Source of the DNA: an uncultured Gammaproteobacteria bacterium
GTDB taxonomy: Bacteria; Patescibacteriota; Patescibacteriia; 2-12-FULL-57-11
Reading direction: 5' to 3'
Length of the DNA stretch: 61,212 nt
Assembly: GCA_964648865.1 (NCBI GenBank)
Contig: CAZYLV010000006.1
Span: 1-61,212 of the forward strand
Of this stretch, positions 9,125-18,731 are shown one piece after another; positions within the stretch are counted from its first letter, which is position 1, and every line of letters begins with the position of its first letter. The position numbers and the translations under genes are program-made. A model generated the notes under the pieces. It saw only the letters and a list, made by a program, of their open reading frames with translations, was not told the DNA's origin and did no database searches.

Positions 9125-9841
9125 TCAGGCGCCCAGGTACAGCCGGCGCATGCGCTCCGGATCCTGGAGCTCCTGCGCCGTGCCCGAAAAGGCGAGGCGT
9201 CCGCCGACGAGCAGGTAGCCGCGGCGGGCGATGGTGAGCGCCAGGCGCACGTTCTGCTCGACGACCATGAGCGTCATCCCCTCCGTGACCATGGCCGCGA
9301 GCGTCCGGAAGATGTCATGTGCCGTCTGCGGGGCGAGCCCCAGCGACGGCTCGTCGAGGAGCAGCAGCGACGGCCGCATCACCAGCGCCCGGGCGATGGC
9401 CAACATCTGTCCCTCGCCGCCGGAGAGCGAGGCGGCCGCCGCCGCGAGCTTGGGGCGCAGCGCCGGGAAGCGCTCAAGGACGAAAGCCACGTTCTCGTCG
9501 CGCGAGAGGCGATGGTCGAGCAGGAATCCGCCCATCTCGAGGTTTTCGCGCACCGAGAGCGACGGGAAGTTGATGCGCCCCTGCGGGACGTAGGCGATGC
9601 CCAGCTCCAGCAGTTCATGGGTGTGGAGCGCCGTGATGTCCCGGCCGCGGAAGGAGACGCTGCCGCGGTGGACGTCGGCGGTCTTGGCGATGGCCCTGAG
9701 GACGGTGCTCTTGCCGGCGCCGTTTGGCCCCAGCAGGCAGACCGTCTCGCCCGGGGCCACGGCCAGCGAGACGTCGCGGATGACCTCGGAGCGGCCGTAG
9801 CCGGCGGTCAGTCCCGTGCAGGTGAGGAGGGCGTCGGCCAT
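9125..9841 (-). CDS. livF: Branched-chain amino acid ABC transporter ATPase LivF
   Basis: GPNGAGKST, LSGGEGQMLAIARAL, LLLDEPSLGLAP and VEQN motifs. Confidence 0.92.
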   Translation of the reverse strand: MADALLTCTGLTAGYGRSEVIRDVSLAVAPGETVCLLGPNGAGKSTVLRAIAKTADVHRGSVSFRGRDITALHTHELLELGIAYVPQGRINFPSLSVRENLEMGGFLLDHRLSRDENVAFVLERFPALRPKLAAAAASLSGGEGQMLAIARALVMRPSLLLLDEPSLGLAPQTAHDIFRTLAAMVTEGMTLMVVEQNVRLALTIARRGYLLVGGRLAFSGTAQELQDPERMRRLYLGA

Positions 9842-9842
9842 A

Positions 9843-10571
9843 TCAGAGTTGGGCGCCGAGATAGGCGGCCAGCACCGCCGGGTCCGCGCGGACCGCATCG
9901 GGCGCGCCGGCGGCGAGCACGCGCCCCTGGTCCAGGACCACGACCTGGTCTGCCAAGGGCATCACGAAGTCCATGTCATGCTCGATGACGAGCATGGTCT
10001 CGCCGCGGTCGCGCAAGGTCCGCAGCAGCGCCGCGACGGCCTCGCGCAGCGCCGGGTTGACCCCGGCCACCGGCTCGTCGAGGAGCAGGATCGCATGCGG
10101 ATGCAGCAGCGCCATGGCCAAGGCCAGCAGTTTGGATTGCCCGTAGGAGAGGTCGGCGGCCGGGGTCGTGAGCGGACGGTCCAGCCCGACGAGCGCCAGC
10201 GTCTCCTCGGCCGCGGCGGCCGGGCGCGGCGCCGCGCACAGCGCGCCCGGACCGTCGTCGCGGTCGTCGGCCGCGAGCCGCAGGTGCTCGCCGAGCGTCA
10301 GGTTCCGGAAGGGGCGGGCCAGCTGGAAGGTGCGCGAGATGCCGCGGCGGGCGCGCGCCTCGGCAGGGAGCCGGGTGACGTCCTGCCCGTCGAGGGCCAC
10401 CGTCCCGCGGTCGGCGGAAAGCGTGCCCGAGAGCAGGTTGAAGAGCGTCGTCTTGCCGGCGCCGTTGGGGCCGATGAGCGCGGTGATGCGTCCGGCCGGG
10501 ACGCGCAGCGAGACGCCGTCCACGGCGCGGTTGCCGCCGAAGGACACGGAGAGGTCAGTCGTGCTCAGCAT
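9843..10571 (-). CDS. livG: Branched-chain amino acid ABC transporter ATPase LivG
   Basis: GPNGAGKTTLFN, RTFQ, LSYGQ, LLDEPVAG and IEHDM motifs. Confidence 0.92.
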   Translation of the reverse strand: MLSTTDLSVSFGGNRAVDGVSLRVPAGRITALIGPNGAGKTTLFNLLSGTLSADRGTVALDGQDVTRLPAEARARRGISRTFQLARPFRNLTLGEHLRLAADDRDDGPGALCAAPRPAAAAEETLALVGLDRPLTTPAADLSYGQSKLLALAMALLHPHAILLLDEPVAGVNPALREAVAALLRTLRDRGETMLVIEHDMDFVMPLADQVVVLDQGRVLAAGAPDAVRADPAVLAAYLGAQL

Positions 10572-11439
10572 AGGAGGACGGCAGCTCGACGGTGCCGAAG
10601 AGGCCCTTGGGCCGCACCAGCATGACGGCCAAGAGCAGCGCCGAGAAGACCATGCCGCGGACCGCGCCGACCGCGGCCGACGGCAGCGTCACCAGCGCGT
10701 CCACGAGTTCGGGCAGGAGCGTCATGAGGAGGGCGCCGGCGAGCGCCCCGCGCACCGAGCCGATGCCGCCGACGAAGACGATCGACAGGAGGAAGACCAG
10801 CTGGTGGAGGAAGAAGGAATTGGGGTCGACGAAGCGGATGAGGAGCGCATAGAGGCCGCCGGCCGCCGCGGCCAGGGCACCGGCGAGCGCCATCGCCACG
10901 AGCGTGGCTCGCAGCGTCCGTTTGCCGAGCACCCGGGCATGGAGCTCGTCGTCGCGACGGGCGGCAAGCACCAGGCCGAACGGCGAGCGGCCGATGCGCC
11001 GGACGAGCGCCGCGGCCGTGAGGAACGCCACGACGCAGGCGGCCGCGAGCGCCGTGTCCTCGCGCAGCAGCTCCGGACGGGGGATGTCCGGGATGCCCAG
11101 CGCGCCACGCGTGAGATCGGTGAGGTTGAATCCCAGCGACCAGACGGCGAAGTTGAAGCCGAACAGCACCACGGCCAGCGCGTCGCCCGTGAGCCGTCGG
11201 GAGAGAAGGGCCAGCAGCACGTTGGCTGCGCCGGCGAGCGCCACGCCGAGCGCCAGGGCGGCCGGGAAGCTCCAGCCGTGGACGGTCGTCAGGATGGCGA
11301 CGGCGTAGGCGCCCAGCGCCATGAGTCCCATGTAGCCCAAGTGCACGATGCCGCTGTTGCCGATGAGCAGGGTCAACCCCAACGCCGCCAGGCCGAAGAC
11401 GGCGAAGAGCGACGCCAGATGGGTGAGGTAGGCGGCCAT
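10555..11439 (-). CDS. livM: Branched-chain amino acid ABC transporter permease LivM
   Basis: Multi-TM protein with SPFG..L.A.RDDE and GGIGS motifs. Confidence 0.9.
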   Translation of the reverse strand: MAAYLTHLASLFAVFGLAALGLTLLIGNSGIVHLGYMGLMALGAYAVAILTTVHGWSFPAALALGVALAGAANVLLALLSRRLTGDALAVVLFGFNFAVWSLGFNLTDLTRGALGIPDIPRPELLREDTALAAACVVAFLTAAALVRRIGRSPFGLVLAARRDDELHARVLGKRTLRATLVAMALAGALAAAAGGLYALLIRFVDPNSFFLHQLVFLLSIVFVGGIGSVRGALAGALLMTLLPELVDALVTLPSAAVGAVRGMVFSALLLAVMLVRPKGLFGTVELPSSYAEHD

Positions 11440-11440
11440 G

Positions 11441-12319
11441 CTAGATGCTGCGGCGTCGGGCGCCGAAGAGCCCCTGCGGACGGACGGTGAGCACCGCGAA
11501 GGTCAGCAGGAAGGATGCCAGGTCCGTCCAGGCGCTGTTCACGTACCAGGCGGTCAGCGCCACGCCGGTCTCGGTGACGAGCGAGCCGACGACCGCGCCG
11601 CCGATGGAGCCGATGCCGCCGAGCACGGCCCGGAAGAACATGCGCAGGGCCACGCTGACCCCCATGCCCGGCTCCAGGTTATACTCGATCGACAGGAGCA
11701 CGCCGGCCAGCCCGGCCAGCGCCGAACCCAGCGCGAAGGCCATGGTGCGCATGCGGCGGCTGTCGATGCCCACGACCTCGGCCACGGTCTCGTGGTCGGC
11801 GACGGCGCGCAGCGCCGTGCCGGTGCGGCTGCGGGAGAGCCACAGGGCGAGCGCCGCCAAGGCTGCCGGACCGATCGCCAGGATGCGCAGCTCGTGCGTC
11901 GTGAGGATGACGCCCAGGACGTCGCGCGTCCGGCCTTGGAGCGCGGCCAATGGCACCGTGCCGGCGCCGAAGAGCGCCGTCAGGGCGTTCTGGACGATCA
12001 GCAGCAGGGAGAGCGTGGCGATGAGGATGCCGGCAGCGGAGACGGCGCGTCGGCCGCGGAGGCGCTCGTAGACCGCGACGTTCATCCCGACCCCGAGGGC
12101 CACGGCCGCGGCGACCGCGACGGCCGCCGCCAAGAGCGCGGGCAGGTCGAGCGCGCTCCAGCAGAACCAGAAGACGTAGCCCGCGGCGACCGTGACGCCG
12201 CCGTGGGCGACGTGGATGACGCGCGTCACGGCGTAGATCAGGGAGAAGCCGGCAGCCACGAGGGCGAACAGCGTGCCGGGGATGAGGACGTTGGAGAGCA
12301 ACGGGAGGATCACGTCCAT
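11441..12319 (-). CDS. livH: Branched-chain amino acid ABC transporter permease LivH
   Basis: AGFSLIY...HVAHG, G.ALRAVAD and RPQGLFG motifs. The real start is ATG 12319 inside the long track ORF. Confidence 0.9.
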   Translation of the reverse strand: MDVILPLLSNVLIPGTLFALVAAGFSLIYAVTRVIHVAHGGVTVAAGYVFWFCWSALDLPALLAAAVAVAAAVALGVGMNVAVYERLRGRRAVSAAGILIATLSLLLIVQNALTALFGAGTVPLAALQGRTRDVLGVILTTHELRILAIGPAALAALALWLSRSRTGTALRAVADHETVAEVVGIDSRRMRTMAFALGSALAGLAGVLLSIEYNLEPGMGVSVALRMFFRAVLGGIGSIGGAVVGSLVTETGVALTAWYVNSAWTDLASFLLTFAVLTVRPQGLFGARRRSI

Positions 12320-12352
12320 ACCGTCGGCATCGTAGCACGCGTCCGGACATGG

Positions 12353-12379
12353 AAAAACCGCCCTCGTGGGGCGGTTTTT
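12353..12379. terminator. Terminator-like hairpin between livK and livH
   Basis: AAAAACCGCCC-tcgtg-GGGCGGTTTTT. Confidence 0.55.
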
Positions 12380-12387
12380 CGGGCAGG

Positions 12388-13602
12388 CTAGTCGAGCGTG
12401 TAGATCTCCTTGCGCGTCACCTCGCCGCCGCGCGCCTCCTTGATGGCGTAGCTCCGCCAGGCGACGTCGCCGTTGCGGTCGAGCGTCACGTCGGCAAGCG
12501 CGCCGCCGTCCCACTCGGTGAGCGAGGAGAGCGTGCGCTGCATGGCGGCGCCGTCCGCGCCGTGGGCCTCGATGAGGTCCTTGGCCAGGTAGACCATGGA
12601 GTACATGTTGGCCATGAAGAAGGGATAGGCCAGGTCCTCGCCGTAGCGGGCGCGGTATTTCTCCGCGAACCGGCTGGCGCGCTCGGTGGTCTCGTCGAAA
12701 TGCGCCTCGAAGCCGATGATGCCGTCGAGGGCCTCGGCGTTTTCGGCCACGAGCTTGGGTCCGATGAGGATCTCGGCGGTCAGCACCGCCGCGCCGACCT
12801 GCTGGTCCTTGAGCGCCTTGGCCGCGGCGATGCCGGGTGCGTCGCCCTGCGGCACGAGGTAGACGACATCGACGTCGGCGTTCTTGATCTTCAGCGCCTG
12901 GGTGCGGAAGTCGGTCTGCCCCTTGTTGTAGGTCTCGTCCACGACCACCGTGCCGCCGAGCCTCCGGAACTCCTCGGTGAAGACGCGGCGCAGGCCCTGG
13001 GCGTAGTCCGTGGTCTCGGAGATGACCGCGGCACGCGTCTTGCCGAGCGTCTCGCGGGCGTAGGTCGCGGCGACCTTGCCGGCCAGGGCGTCCGAGGGGG
13101 CGAACCGGAAGAAGTAGTCGTCGCCGCCGGCCGAGAGGTCCGGCGAGGTCGCGGACGGGGAGATGGCCACGACCTGTTTCTCGTTGGCCGTGCCGAGGAA
13201 CCCGGACGTCTCGCCCGAGCAGACGCCGCCGAGCACGATCTTCACGCCGGTGACGTTGATGAGCTTCTGGCCGGCGGTCGCGGCCTCCTTGGGGTCGCAC
13301 ATGCCGTCCTCCACGGCCACCACCAGCCGCTTGCCGCCGACCCCGTTGGCGGCGTTGATCTCGTCGACCGCAAGGTTCAGGGCCTTTTGGATGGGGAGGC
13401 CGTAGGAGGCGGCGTCGCCGGTGAGCGGCAGGATGGAGCCGATGGTCACGTCACCGGTGAGGTCCGGATTCGCGGCAGGCGCGGCCGCCGGGGCGTTCGC
13501 GGCAGGCGCCGGGGTTTCGGCGCGCTTCGTGGCCACGAACCAGATGATGCCGACGACGGCGATGGCGGCGATGCCCCACCAGAGCAGGCGATTCTTTTCC
13601 AT
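12388..13602 (-). CDS. livK: Branched-chain amino acid ABC transporter substrate-binding protein
   Basis: IGSILPLTG..A.YG, EDG.CDP and FFRFAPSD motifs; N-terminal TM anchor; heads the liv cluster. Confidence 0.9.
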   Translation of the reverse strand: MEKNRLLWWGIAAIAVVGIIWFVATKRAETPAPAANAPAAAPAANPDLTGDVTIGSILPLTGDAASYGLPIQKALNLAVDEINAANGVGGKRLVVAVEDGMCDPKEAATAGQKLINVTGVKIVLGGVCSGETSGFLGTANEKQVVAISPSATSPDLSAGGDDYFFRFAPSDALAGKVAATYARETLGKTRAAVISETTDYAQGLRRVFTEEFRRLGGTVVVDETYNKGQTDFRTQALKIKNADVDVVYLVPQGDAPGIAAAKALKDQQVGAAVLTAEILIGPKLVAENAEALDGIIGFEAHFDETTERASRFAEKYRARYGEDLAYPFFMANMYSMVYLAKDLIEAHGADGAAMQRTLSSLTEWDGGALADVTLDRNGDVAWRSYAIKEARGGEVTRKEIYTLD

Positions 13603-13615
13603 AAGGCGCAGCGGG

Positions 13616-14044
13616 TTAATGCTGATTCGACGCTATTGTACGGTGAAAAAGCATCAAGCGCGCAAGTCCGGCGACGATCAGGCCGTCGGCGAGGTTCACG
13701 AGCGACCACGGCCCGAGTCGGACGTAGTCGAAAGTCACGCCGAAGGTCAGGCGATCGATGGCGTTGGACAGCCCGCCAGCGGCCACGAGCGCGGCAGGCA
13801 GACTGTCGCGGCGGGCGGCATAGGCACCGAAGCCCAGGGCAAGCAACAGGCTGCCGAGCGTCAACACGATGCCGGGCACCGGGATGCCGAAGGCGACGCC
13901 GGGGTTCTGGTAGGGCTCCAAGGCCAGGAGGCCTGGAACGAGAGACACCCCCTGCGGCGGCAGGAGGTGTCGGCTGGCCCATTTGCATCCCTGGTCGGCC
14001 AGCAGCGCAGCCGCGGGCAGGAGCCAGAGGAGCGCGCGGCGCAT
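13616..14044 (-). CDS. lspA: Lipoprotein signal peptidase (signal peptidase II)
   Basis: DQ..K, NPGVAFG, GGLSNAIDR and NLAD motifs. Confidence 0.88.
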   Translation of the reverse strand: MRRALLWLLPAAALLADQGCKWASRHLLPPQGVSLVPGLLALEPYQNPGVAFGIPVPGIVLTLGSLLLALGFGAYAARRDSLPAALVAAGGLSNAIDRLTFGVTFDYVRLGPWSLVNLADGLIVAGLARLMLFHRTIASNQH

Positions 14045-14046
14045 GC

Positions 14047-14418
14047 TCAGGCCTCCTGGGTCAGGCGCTTCTTGCACTCGACGCAGGCCGAGGAGGTCGG
14101 GCGCGCCAGGAGGCGCTTCGCGTCGATGTCCTTGCCGCAGTATTTGCAGACGCCGTAGGTGCCCTTCTCGATGCGCTCCAGTGTCTTGTTCACGTCGCGC
14201 AGCGCCGACTCCAGGGTACGCTCCAGTGTCAGGTTCGTGGAGTAGGTCTCGACCTCGGCGGCGTTCTCGTCCTCCTTGTCGCCGATCTGCGGGAATTCGG
14301 CGTCGTAATCCTGCGCGTTGTGCGGGTTGCGGTGAGCGAAGGCCGCCAGCTGCCCTTCGAGCTGGGTCTTCTCGGCCTGCAGCTTCTCCTTGATTTGGGC
14401 GAGAGTGGTCTTATCCAT
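14047..14418 (-). CDS. dksA: TraR/DksA C4-type zinc-finger protein
   Basis: GDKEDENA.E, ALRDVNKTLERIEKGTYGVCKYC and RL.ARP...CVEC. Start at ATG 14418. Confidence 0.88.
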   Translation of the reverse strand: MDKTTLAQIKEKLQAEKTQLEGQLAAFAHRNPHNAQDYDAEFPQIGDKEDENAAEVETYSTNLTLERTLESALRDVNKTLERIEKGTYGVCKYCGKDIDAKRLLARPTSSACVECKKRLTQEA

Positions 14419-14480
14419 AGCGGTGACCGAAAAAGGCCAGAAAAGCGCTGCGGTTTGGAAAACTGTAGCAGGTCGATAGC

Positions 14481-14542
14481 AAAAAAAGAAGAGGCGCAAG
14501 CTGCAGGCCATGCATGTGTATGTATGTGCCTCGCTGCGCCTC
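14481..14542 (-). terminator. Intrinsic terminator (long hairpin plus U-tract on minus strand)
   Basis: GAGGCGCA (14491-14498) pairs with TGCGCCTC (14535-14542). On the minus strand the hairpin is followed by TTCTTTTTTT. Confidence 0.7.
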
Positions 14543-14855
14543 GCGGCGCCGCGCCGGGGATTACTCCCCGGGGGAAGCGGTCCTCTGCGGAGAACCGATT
14601 TCCTTGGGGAGTAACGCCACAAGCTGTGCGGTGCCAGGTCCATCTCCTCAACCGCTCTAGGGCTGTTCGACCTCTCGGGCCAGGCGAAACCCTGGACCCA
14701 TGATGAGAGGAAGCCACACTGCTTTTCCTTTTGTTTTTGTGTCAAAGGAAGGGAGAGCAGTAGAGGAGAGAGAAATACGCCCCTCCGGATGAGGAACATC
14801 TCTCTGTTGGACACGCGGGATGTGGAAGGAGCGACGGTACCTTGTTTAGGGTACG
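14481..14855 (-). ncRNA. Putative ~370-nt structured non-coding RNA of unknown family
   Basis: Bounded by a near-consensus promoter and a terminator. Contains at least three further long stems (14561-14614, 14671-14710, 14767-14805) and no credible ORF. Confidence 0.5.
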
Positions 14856-14860
14856 TACAC

Positions 14861-14889
14861 ATCGTACCAAAAAAGTGTTCACCTGTCAA
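14861..14889 (-). promoter_or_regulatory. Near-consensus sigma70 promoter
   Basis: TTGACA (14884-14889), 17-nt spacer, TG-g-TACGAT (14861-14866). Confidence 0.75.
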
Positions 14890-14962
14890 TCGTGCTTTGT
14901 TGAGCAGATTATCAGCGATATCCCCAACTGGTTGAGTCGATTCGCTCGGTTGGAGTCTGGAC

Positions 14963-15003
14963 TGTGTATAACTCTGTGGATGACGGCTCCAATCTGGGGA
15001 TAA
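14963..15003 (-). promoter_or_regulatory. Cluster of three DnaA-box-like 9-mers
   Basis: TTATACACA (14963-14971, consensus), TCATCCACA (14975-14983) and TTATCCCCA (14995-15003), all in the same orientation. Confidence 0.55.
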
Positions 15004-15018
15004 GTGCTGGAAAAGGTG

Positions 15019-15864
15019 TCACTTCCGTGGGGAATTGCAGAAGTTCTCAAGGAAAATAGGCACTTCATCGAGCGTCACGGATGCGGACCTGGTGGGGAGC
15101 AGTGCCGGAATGGTGAGAGGGAGGCTACGGACCAGCGACCATCGGGGAGGGAGTTTGGCGGGAAGAATGATCGGAAATCCCTCGAGGCAGGCGCTTCGGG
15201 AGGCCGGTACTGTCCCCTGGTTCACGACATCCTGAGGGGAAAAGCTCAGGAAAGCGAAGCTGCTCTCGTCGGATCGGAAAGCCACGTCTTGCTCGGCGAT
15301 CGGCAGCACGAGCCAGTCCGTGCCTGCGACGCGCTCCAGGCGTGCCGCCACGGCCGCCGGATCTTCGATAAGCTCCTCCGTCGCGCTCTTGTCGGGGAGA
15401 TGCAGCGTCCGGCCGACAGGGGCGGTCCGGGCCAATGCCGTCAGGACGGCTCCGCGCGGCCCCGGAGTCGGAAGCTCGAGAAGGAAGCGTGCCGCGCCGG
15501 TTGTCGTGGTCGGGAACAGGGTCAGCATCGCCGTCCCTTCGCCGACCAGCGCCGTTGCCAGGTCAGGATTGGTCTCGGTAAAGCGCAGCAGGGCCTGGGA
15601 TTCCTGAGGAAACTGTCGGGCCAGGGCTACGCTCGCTGTCGCGAGCGGCCGCTCGGCGGGGACGGCAAGGGTCAGGAGCGCCCCGGTGGGGAGGGGACCG
15701 GAAAGCGCGGGGATAGGCGAGTATCGGATGCCGATGGCGATGCCGATGCCGAGGACCAGTGACGCCACAGCCAGGACCGCGGAAAAGCGGCGTGGCTCAT
15801 CGGAAAATGGGAATTGGGCCCAAAAACGGCGCATGGCAGGCGTAGTGTACGGCCCGTCGAGCAA
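15019..15864 (-). CDS. Hypothetical membrane-anchored protein
   Basis: 281-aa ORF with an N-terminal TM (VLAVASLVLGIGIAIGI); start uncertain. Confidence 0.55.
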   Translation of the reverse strand: MLDGPYTTPAMRRFWAQFPFSDEPRRFSAVLAVASLVLGIGIAIGIRYSPIPALSGPLPTGALLTLAVPAERPLATASVALARQFPQESQALLRFTETNPDLATALVGEGTAMLTLFPTTTTGAARFLLELPTPGPRGAVLTALARTAPVGRTLHLPDKSATEELIEDPAAVAARLERVAGTDWLVLPIAEQDVAFRSDESSFAFLSFSPQDVVNQGTVPASRSACLEGFPIILPAKLPPRWSLVRSLPLTIPALLPTRSASVTLDEVPIFLENFCNSPRK

Positions 15865-15882
15865 AGAAAAAAGCCGGGGATA

Positions 15883-16353
15883 TCACCCAGCCTTGTCCGG
15901 CTCCCAGAACACCCAGCGGTAGACATTGGTGTCCCGGAGCGTCCCGCGGAGCTTGTCGCGGTAGATGTGGTTGGCCGCCGCGCGGTGCGAGGCGCTCGAG
16001 AGCTCGACGTAGGCGAGCCCGAGGTTGCGGCCCTGTTCGATCAGTCGGCCGGTGATCTCCGTCGCGACACCGCGTCCTTCGTGGCTCGGGAGCACGGCCA
16101 CGTCGTCGATGTAGCCGTAGCTCTCGGAGAGCGTGGTGACCAGGTTCATGGTCCCCATGCCGACGATCGGCGCTTTGCCCTCCGTCGTGATGTCCCGGGC
16201 GACGATGAGCTGCGCCCGAAAGAGCAGCTGCGCCACCGCTTGGTGGTCCGTGCGGACCTCGCGCCGCGTCAGCACGTGGAGCAATGCGTTCAGCGAGGCG
16301 ATGTCGCCGTCACGCAGCTCGTTCCGGCCCAGAAGGAATCGGTACTCGATCAC
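15883..16353 (-). CDS. GNAT family N-acetyltransferase
   Basis: YIDDVAVLPSHEGRGVAT acetyl-CoA motif A and ELSS....AAN.IY; GGGAGG SD upstream. Confidence 0.85.
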   Translation of the reverse strand: MIEYRFLLGRNELRDGDIASLNALLHVLTRREVRTDHQAVAQLLFRAQLIVARDITTEGKAPIVGMGTMNLVTTLSESYGYIDDVAVLPSHEGRGVATEITGRLIEQGRNLGLAYVELSSASHRAAANHIYRDKLRGTLRDTNVYRWVFWEPDKAG

Positions 16354-16508
16354 GTCGCCTCCCTGCCCTGTCGCATGACGGGGCGTGGCCGGTTTCTACG
16401 GCATCCCGGGCGGAGTGTCAATGGATGCACGGCCTCCTCGCGCGCACGGACCCGTCGCGTCTTCCGTACGAAGACACCCGGCGTGCGCCGGGTGTCTGTC
16501 GGTCATCT

Positions 16509-18731
16509 TCAGCGTCCGCCGCGGAAGGGCGGGCGTCCGCCGCCGTTGCCGCCGCGGGCAGGCGGGCGCTTGGGCGCCTCGGGAGGCGCGCTCGGGTCCT
16601 TGGCCTGGCGGATGGAGAGGTTGATGCGGCCCATGGAGTCTATTTCCACGACCTTGACCTCCACTTCCTGGCCCGGCTTGACCACGTCCTCGACGCGCTC
16701 CACGCGGCCCTCGGCGAGCTCGCTGATATGCACGAGCCCTTCCTGCTTGGGCAGGATCTCGACGAAGGCGCCGAAGCCCATGATGCGCGTCACGGTGCCC
16801 TTGAAGATCTCGCCGACCTTCACTTCGCGCGTCAGCTCCTTGACCCAGTCCACGGCGCGTTGCATGGCCTCGGCGTTCTTGGAGGTCACCATCACGAGCC
16901 CCGAGTCCTCGATGTCGATCTGCACGCCGGTGGCGTCGATGATCTCGTTGATCTGCTTGCCGCCCGGGCCGATGACGTTGCGGATCAGCTCCGGGTTGAT
17001 CATGAAGGAGACGATGCGCGGCGCGTACGGCGAGAAGTCCGGCCGCGGCGTGGCGATGACCGTGTCCATGGCGTCGAGCACCTGCATGCGGCACTCCCGC
17101 GCCTGGGCGAGCGTCCGCTCCACGATGTCCGGAGAGAGCCCGATGGTCTTGGTGTCGAGCTGGATGGCCGTGATGCCGTTCCGCGTGCCGGCGATCTTGA
17201 AGTCCATGCCGCCTTTGCCGTCCTCGAGGTCCTGCAGGTCGGTCAGCACCTTCCACTGCGACATGTCCGGGACCGAGGCGAGGCCCATGGCCACGCCCGC
17301 GACCTGCGCGGCGATGGGGACGCCGGCGTCCATGAGCGCGAGCGAGGAGCCGCAGACGCTGGCCTGCGAGCTGGAGCCGTTGGAGCCCAGCACCTCGGAG
17401 ACCACGCGCACGGCGTAGGGGAAGGTCTCCTTGTCCTGCGGGACGACCGGCAGGAGCGCCCGTTCGGCGAGCGCGCCGTGGCCGATCTCGCGGCGGCCGG
17501 GCCCGCGGTTGGGGCCGGTCTCGCCCACGGAGTAGGCCGGGAAGTCGTAGTGGTGCATGTAGCGCTTCTTGCCGACGTCCTCCATGCCGTCCATGGTCTG
17601 CTCGTCGCCGGGGGAGCCCAGCGTCACCACGGAGAGCACCTGCGTCTCGCCGCGGGCGAAGAGCGCCGAGCCGTGGGTGCGCGGGAGCATGCCGACCTCG
17701 ACCGAGAGGGGACGGACGTCCGTGAGCGCGCGGCCGTCGACGCGCTTGTCCTCCTCAAGGATGGCGCGGGAGACTTCGGCCTCCACCCAGCCGTCGATGG
17801 CGTCGGTCGCCGCCTCGATCTGCGCGGCGTCCCAGCCCTGCTCGGTGAGATGTTTGGTCAGGATGTCGCCGAGCGCATCCACGGCATCGGCGCGCTCGCC
17901 CTTGGTGACGAGCGGACCGGTGAAGAGCGCCTCGCGGATCTTGGGCATCAGCCACTCGCGGGCTTCCTTGCGCGCGGCGGCCAGCGCTTCCTGCGCCGCG
18001 AGCTTCTCCGCGCCGATGATCTCCTCGGCCGTGGCCTTGCGCTTGCCGGCCTTGGCGCGGATGTCGTCCAGGAAGGCGGTGACCTCGCGCAGGTGTTTCT
18101 GGCCGAAGGCGATGGCCTGGAGCATGGCCTGCTCCGGGACCTGCTGGGCGTTGGCCTCGATCATCAGCACGCGCTCGCCCGTGCCGGCGACGATGAGGTC
18201 CAGGTCGCTCTTGGCCTTTGCCTCGAACGTCGGATTGATGGCCCATTCGCCGTTGATGCGGCCGACGCGGATGCCGCCGATGGGACCGTTCCAGGGGATG
18301 TCCGAGACGGTCAGCGCCGCCGACGCGGCGATGAGCCCGACGATGTCCGAGTCGTTCTCGAGGTCGGCGCACAGCACCGTCGTCCACACCTGGACGTCGT
18401 TGCGGATGCGGTCGTCGAAGAGCGGGCGGATGCTGCGGTCGATCATGCGTCCCGTGACGATGGCCTCGTCCGTCGGCCGGCCCTCGCGCTTGATGAAGCG
18501 CGAGCTCTTGATCTTCCCGGCGGCGTAGAGCTTCTCCTCGAAGTCGACCATGAGCGGGAAGAAGTCGATGCCGTGGCGCTGGCCGCCCATGGTGGCCGTG
18601 CCGAGCACGACCGTGTCCCCGTAGCGGACCAAGCACGAGCCGTTGGCCTGCTTGGCCACCTTGCCGGTGGTGATGCTGAGTGTCCGGCCGCCCCACTGCG
18701 TCTCAAAGGTCTGCGTCTGCGAGTATGGCAT
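16509..18731 (-). CDS. pnp: Polyribonucleotide nucleotidyltransferase (PNPase)
   Basis: [32 protein letters not shown] and DFKIAGT motifs, with C-terminal KH and S1 domains. Confidence 0.98.
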   Translation of the reverse strand: MPYSQTQTFETQWGGRTLSITTGKVAKQANGSCLVRYGDTVVLGTATMGGQRHGIDFFPLMVDFEEKLYAAGKIKSSRFIKREGRPTDEAIVTGRMIDRSIRPLFDDRIRNDVQVWTTVLCADLENDSDIVGLIAASAALTVSDIPWNGPIGGIRVGRINGEWAINPTFEAKAKSDLDLIVAGTGERVLMIEANAQQVPEQAMLQAIAFGQKHLREVTAFLDDIRAKAGKRKATAEEIIGAEKLAAQEALAAARKEAREWLMPKIREALFTGPLVTKGERADAVDALGDILTKHLTEQGWDAAQIEAATDAIDGWVEAEVSRAILEEDKRVDGRALTDVRPLSVEVGMLPRTHGSALFARGETQVLSVVTLGSPGDEQTMDGMEDVGKKRYMHHYDFPAYSVGETGPNRGPGRREIGHGALAERALLPVVPQDKETFPYAVRVVSEVLGSNGSSSQASVCGSSLALMDAGVPIAAQVAGVAMGLASVPDMSQWKVLTDLQDLEDGKGGMDFKIAGTRNGITAIQLDTKTIGLSPDIVERTLAQARECRMQVLDAMDTVIATPRPDFSPYAPRIVSFMINPELIRNVIGPGGKQINEIIDATGVQIDIEDSGLVMVTSKNAEAMQRAVDWVKELTREVKVGEIFKGTVTRIMGFGAFVEILPKQEGLVHISELAEGRVERVEDVVKPGQEVEVKVVEIDSMGRINLSIRQAKDPSAPPEAPKRPPARGGNGGGRPPFRGGR

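Noticed and set aside
14628-14636. T-box-like TGGCACCGC (minus strand) upstream of the liv genes
   Set aside because: The antiterminator A1 helix does not close, the terminator is ~90 nt away behind another stem, and no recognisable Stem I is present.
14481-14855. Identity of the putative RNA as tmRNA, RNase P RNA, SRP RNA or 6S RNA
   Set aside because: No tRNA-like ends, no GAGGAAAGUCC/AACAGAA motifs, no GGAA-AGCAG SRP loop, and local hairpins rather than one long 6S rod. An Rfam search is still needed.
14419-14889. 157-codon N-terminal extension of the DksA ORF
   Set aside because: Not protein-like, runs through promoter, hairpin and terminator sequence, and DksA homology starts at ATG 14418.
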